Below are positions 62,801-64,000 of a stretch of DNA of 64,000 bases, in pieces. How positions within the stretch are numbered: position 1 is the first letter of the stretch; every line of letters begins with the position of its first letter. The DNA lies in NCBI GenBank assembly GCA_963776245.1, contig CAVZLN010000003.1, positions 704,001-768,000 of the forward strand, written 5' to 3'. The notes beneath the pieces are model-generated. The model searched no databases and was not told the DNA's origin. It saw only the letters and a list, made by a program, of their open reading frames with translations. This stretch comes from Candidatus Eiseniibacteriota bacterium (GTDB lineage: Bacteria; Eisenbacteria; RBG-16-71-46). Both the position numbers and the translations under genes were made by a program.

Positions 62801-64000
62801 CGGTGACGGGCCTGCCGTACGTGGTGACCGGGGACGTGATCGTGCGGCATCCCACCGCCGTGGGCAGCCCGACGACGGCGCTGACGGTGCGGCCGGGGGT
62901 GGAGGTGCGGTTCGCGGCGGGGACGGAGTTGAAGATCGGAGATCACGGCGGCGACGGGGACCACTACGGGGCGCTGGATGCGCGGGGGACGGTGGACAGC
63001 GCGATCGTGTTCACCTCGGCGGCGGCGGTGAAGGCGCCGGGGGACTGGAAGGGCATCCGGTTCGCCCACCCGACCAACTCGACGCTGTCGATGCTGGACT
63101 ACTGTGTCATCGAATACGCCGGCCAGACACTCAGCGCGAACCTGTATGTCGACCAAGCGGCTCCCGCGCAACTCCAGCACCTGACGCTCACGCACGGGTC
63201 GGGCTATGGGGCGGTCGGCTCGGGCGCTCCATTCGCCCTCCACGACTGCGACATCCAGTCCAACGCGCTGGGCGGCGTCAACAACCTCACGCCGGCGTCG
63301 GTGATCAACGCCACGTCCAACTGGTGGGGCTCGCCCTCGGGACCATCGGGCAGCGGCCCTGGCACCGGGCAGTCGGTCAGCGCGGGCGTGCTCTTCGATC
63401 CATGGCGCACGCAGCCGTTCCGCGACGATCTGGCTCCCCCGGTGGTGGTCATCACGCGCGGTCCGGCCGAGGGCGCGATCCTCGACACGGCCGTCGTCGA
63501 GTTCCGCTGGGCGGGCATGGATGACGTGACCCCGGTCGACAACCTGGAGTATGCGTACCGACTCGATGCGGGCACGTTCTCATCGTGGTCGAGCGACACC
63601 GCGACGGTCCTCAGCGTGACCGAGGGGCAGCACCGCTTCGAGGTGAAGACGCGAGATCTCTCGGGCCAGGTGAGCGCGCTCGCCACCCGCGGCTTCGCGT
63701 ACGATGCGGCCCCGCCCAATACCCAGATCGCGTCCGGACCTGCCGACAGCGCGTGGATCAACACCGGCAACGCGACGTTCCAGTGGACGGGCGCCGACGC
63801 GGCGTGGCCTGCCGACAGCCTCGAATTCAGCTTCCAGATGGACAGCGCCGGCTGGTCGGCCTACGCGCGTTCGACCAGCCACTCGTTCACCGGCCTCGCA
63901 TCAGGCCCGCATGCATTCGCGGTGCAGGCGCGCGACCTCGCAGGTCACGTCGATCCGACCCCGGCGCAGCGCGTGTTCACGGTGGATGTGACCTTGCCGA
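50871..64000 (+). CDS. Giant (>4300 aa) secreted repetitive surface protein/adhesin; 3'-truncated by the window; three 1-bp frameshifts (~52924, ~60303, ~61764)
   Basis: Signal peptide; OB-fold-like N-region (GFYIQ, YEGMLVRV); five Gly-rich modules; passenger-like beta-helix segments; Ig-like DxTPP...GAHT...AVD..GN repeats; parallel beta-helix repeats; repeat homology fixes the frame across each indel; last frame open to 64000. Confidence 0.85.
57995..59920 (+). repeat. Direct repeat of ~690 bp (starts 57995 and 59234; period 1239 bp)
   Basis: First ~250 bp near-identical, remainder with synonymous changes. Confidence 0.85.
60825..63065 (+). repeat. Tandem 663-bp (221-aa) near-identical coding repeats, about 3.4 copies
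   Basis: CCGTACGTGGTGAC anchors at 60825, 61488, 62152 and 62815. Confidence 0.92.

Noticed and set aside
57995..63065. Diversity-generating retroelement template/variable repeats
   Set aside because: All copies are in-frame coding, differences are not adenine-specific, and no reverse transcriptase is in the window

Overview
Very GC-rich bacterial chromosomal window, diderm (outer-membrane beta-barrels, DsbD). Secreted proteins end in FlgD/T9SS-like sorting domains, suggesting an FCB-type lineage such as Ca. Eisenbacteria (inference only). About 43 CDS; no rRNA, tRNA, CRISPR or mobile element was seen. Main items: (1) A five-gene minus-strand operon (35777-43942) behind a consensus sigma-54 promoter and a Rex/CRP-like box. 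It encodes a di-heme-b NOX/ferric-reductase-like membrane protein, a membrane-anchored circularly permuted NAD(P)H flavoprotein with a ferredoxin domain, a 20-heme and a 28-heme cytochrome c, and an outer-membrane beta-barrel. Together these look like a complete cytoplasm-to-exterior electron wire. (2) A stand-alone prolyl/pyrrolyl carrier-protein cassette (A domain, carrier protein, dehydrogenase) paired only with a left-handed beta-helix acyltransferase. (3) A >13 kb giant repetitive surface-protein gene that runs off the right edge. (4) An ECF sigma/anti-sigma pair with two matching divergent promoters. (5) Many apparently leaderless genes. Seven single-base indels in four unrelated genes (cysE, tldD, S9 peptidase, giant gene) most likely reflect long-read assembly error. 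All calls come from reading motifs by eye; no database search was run.
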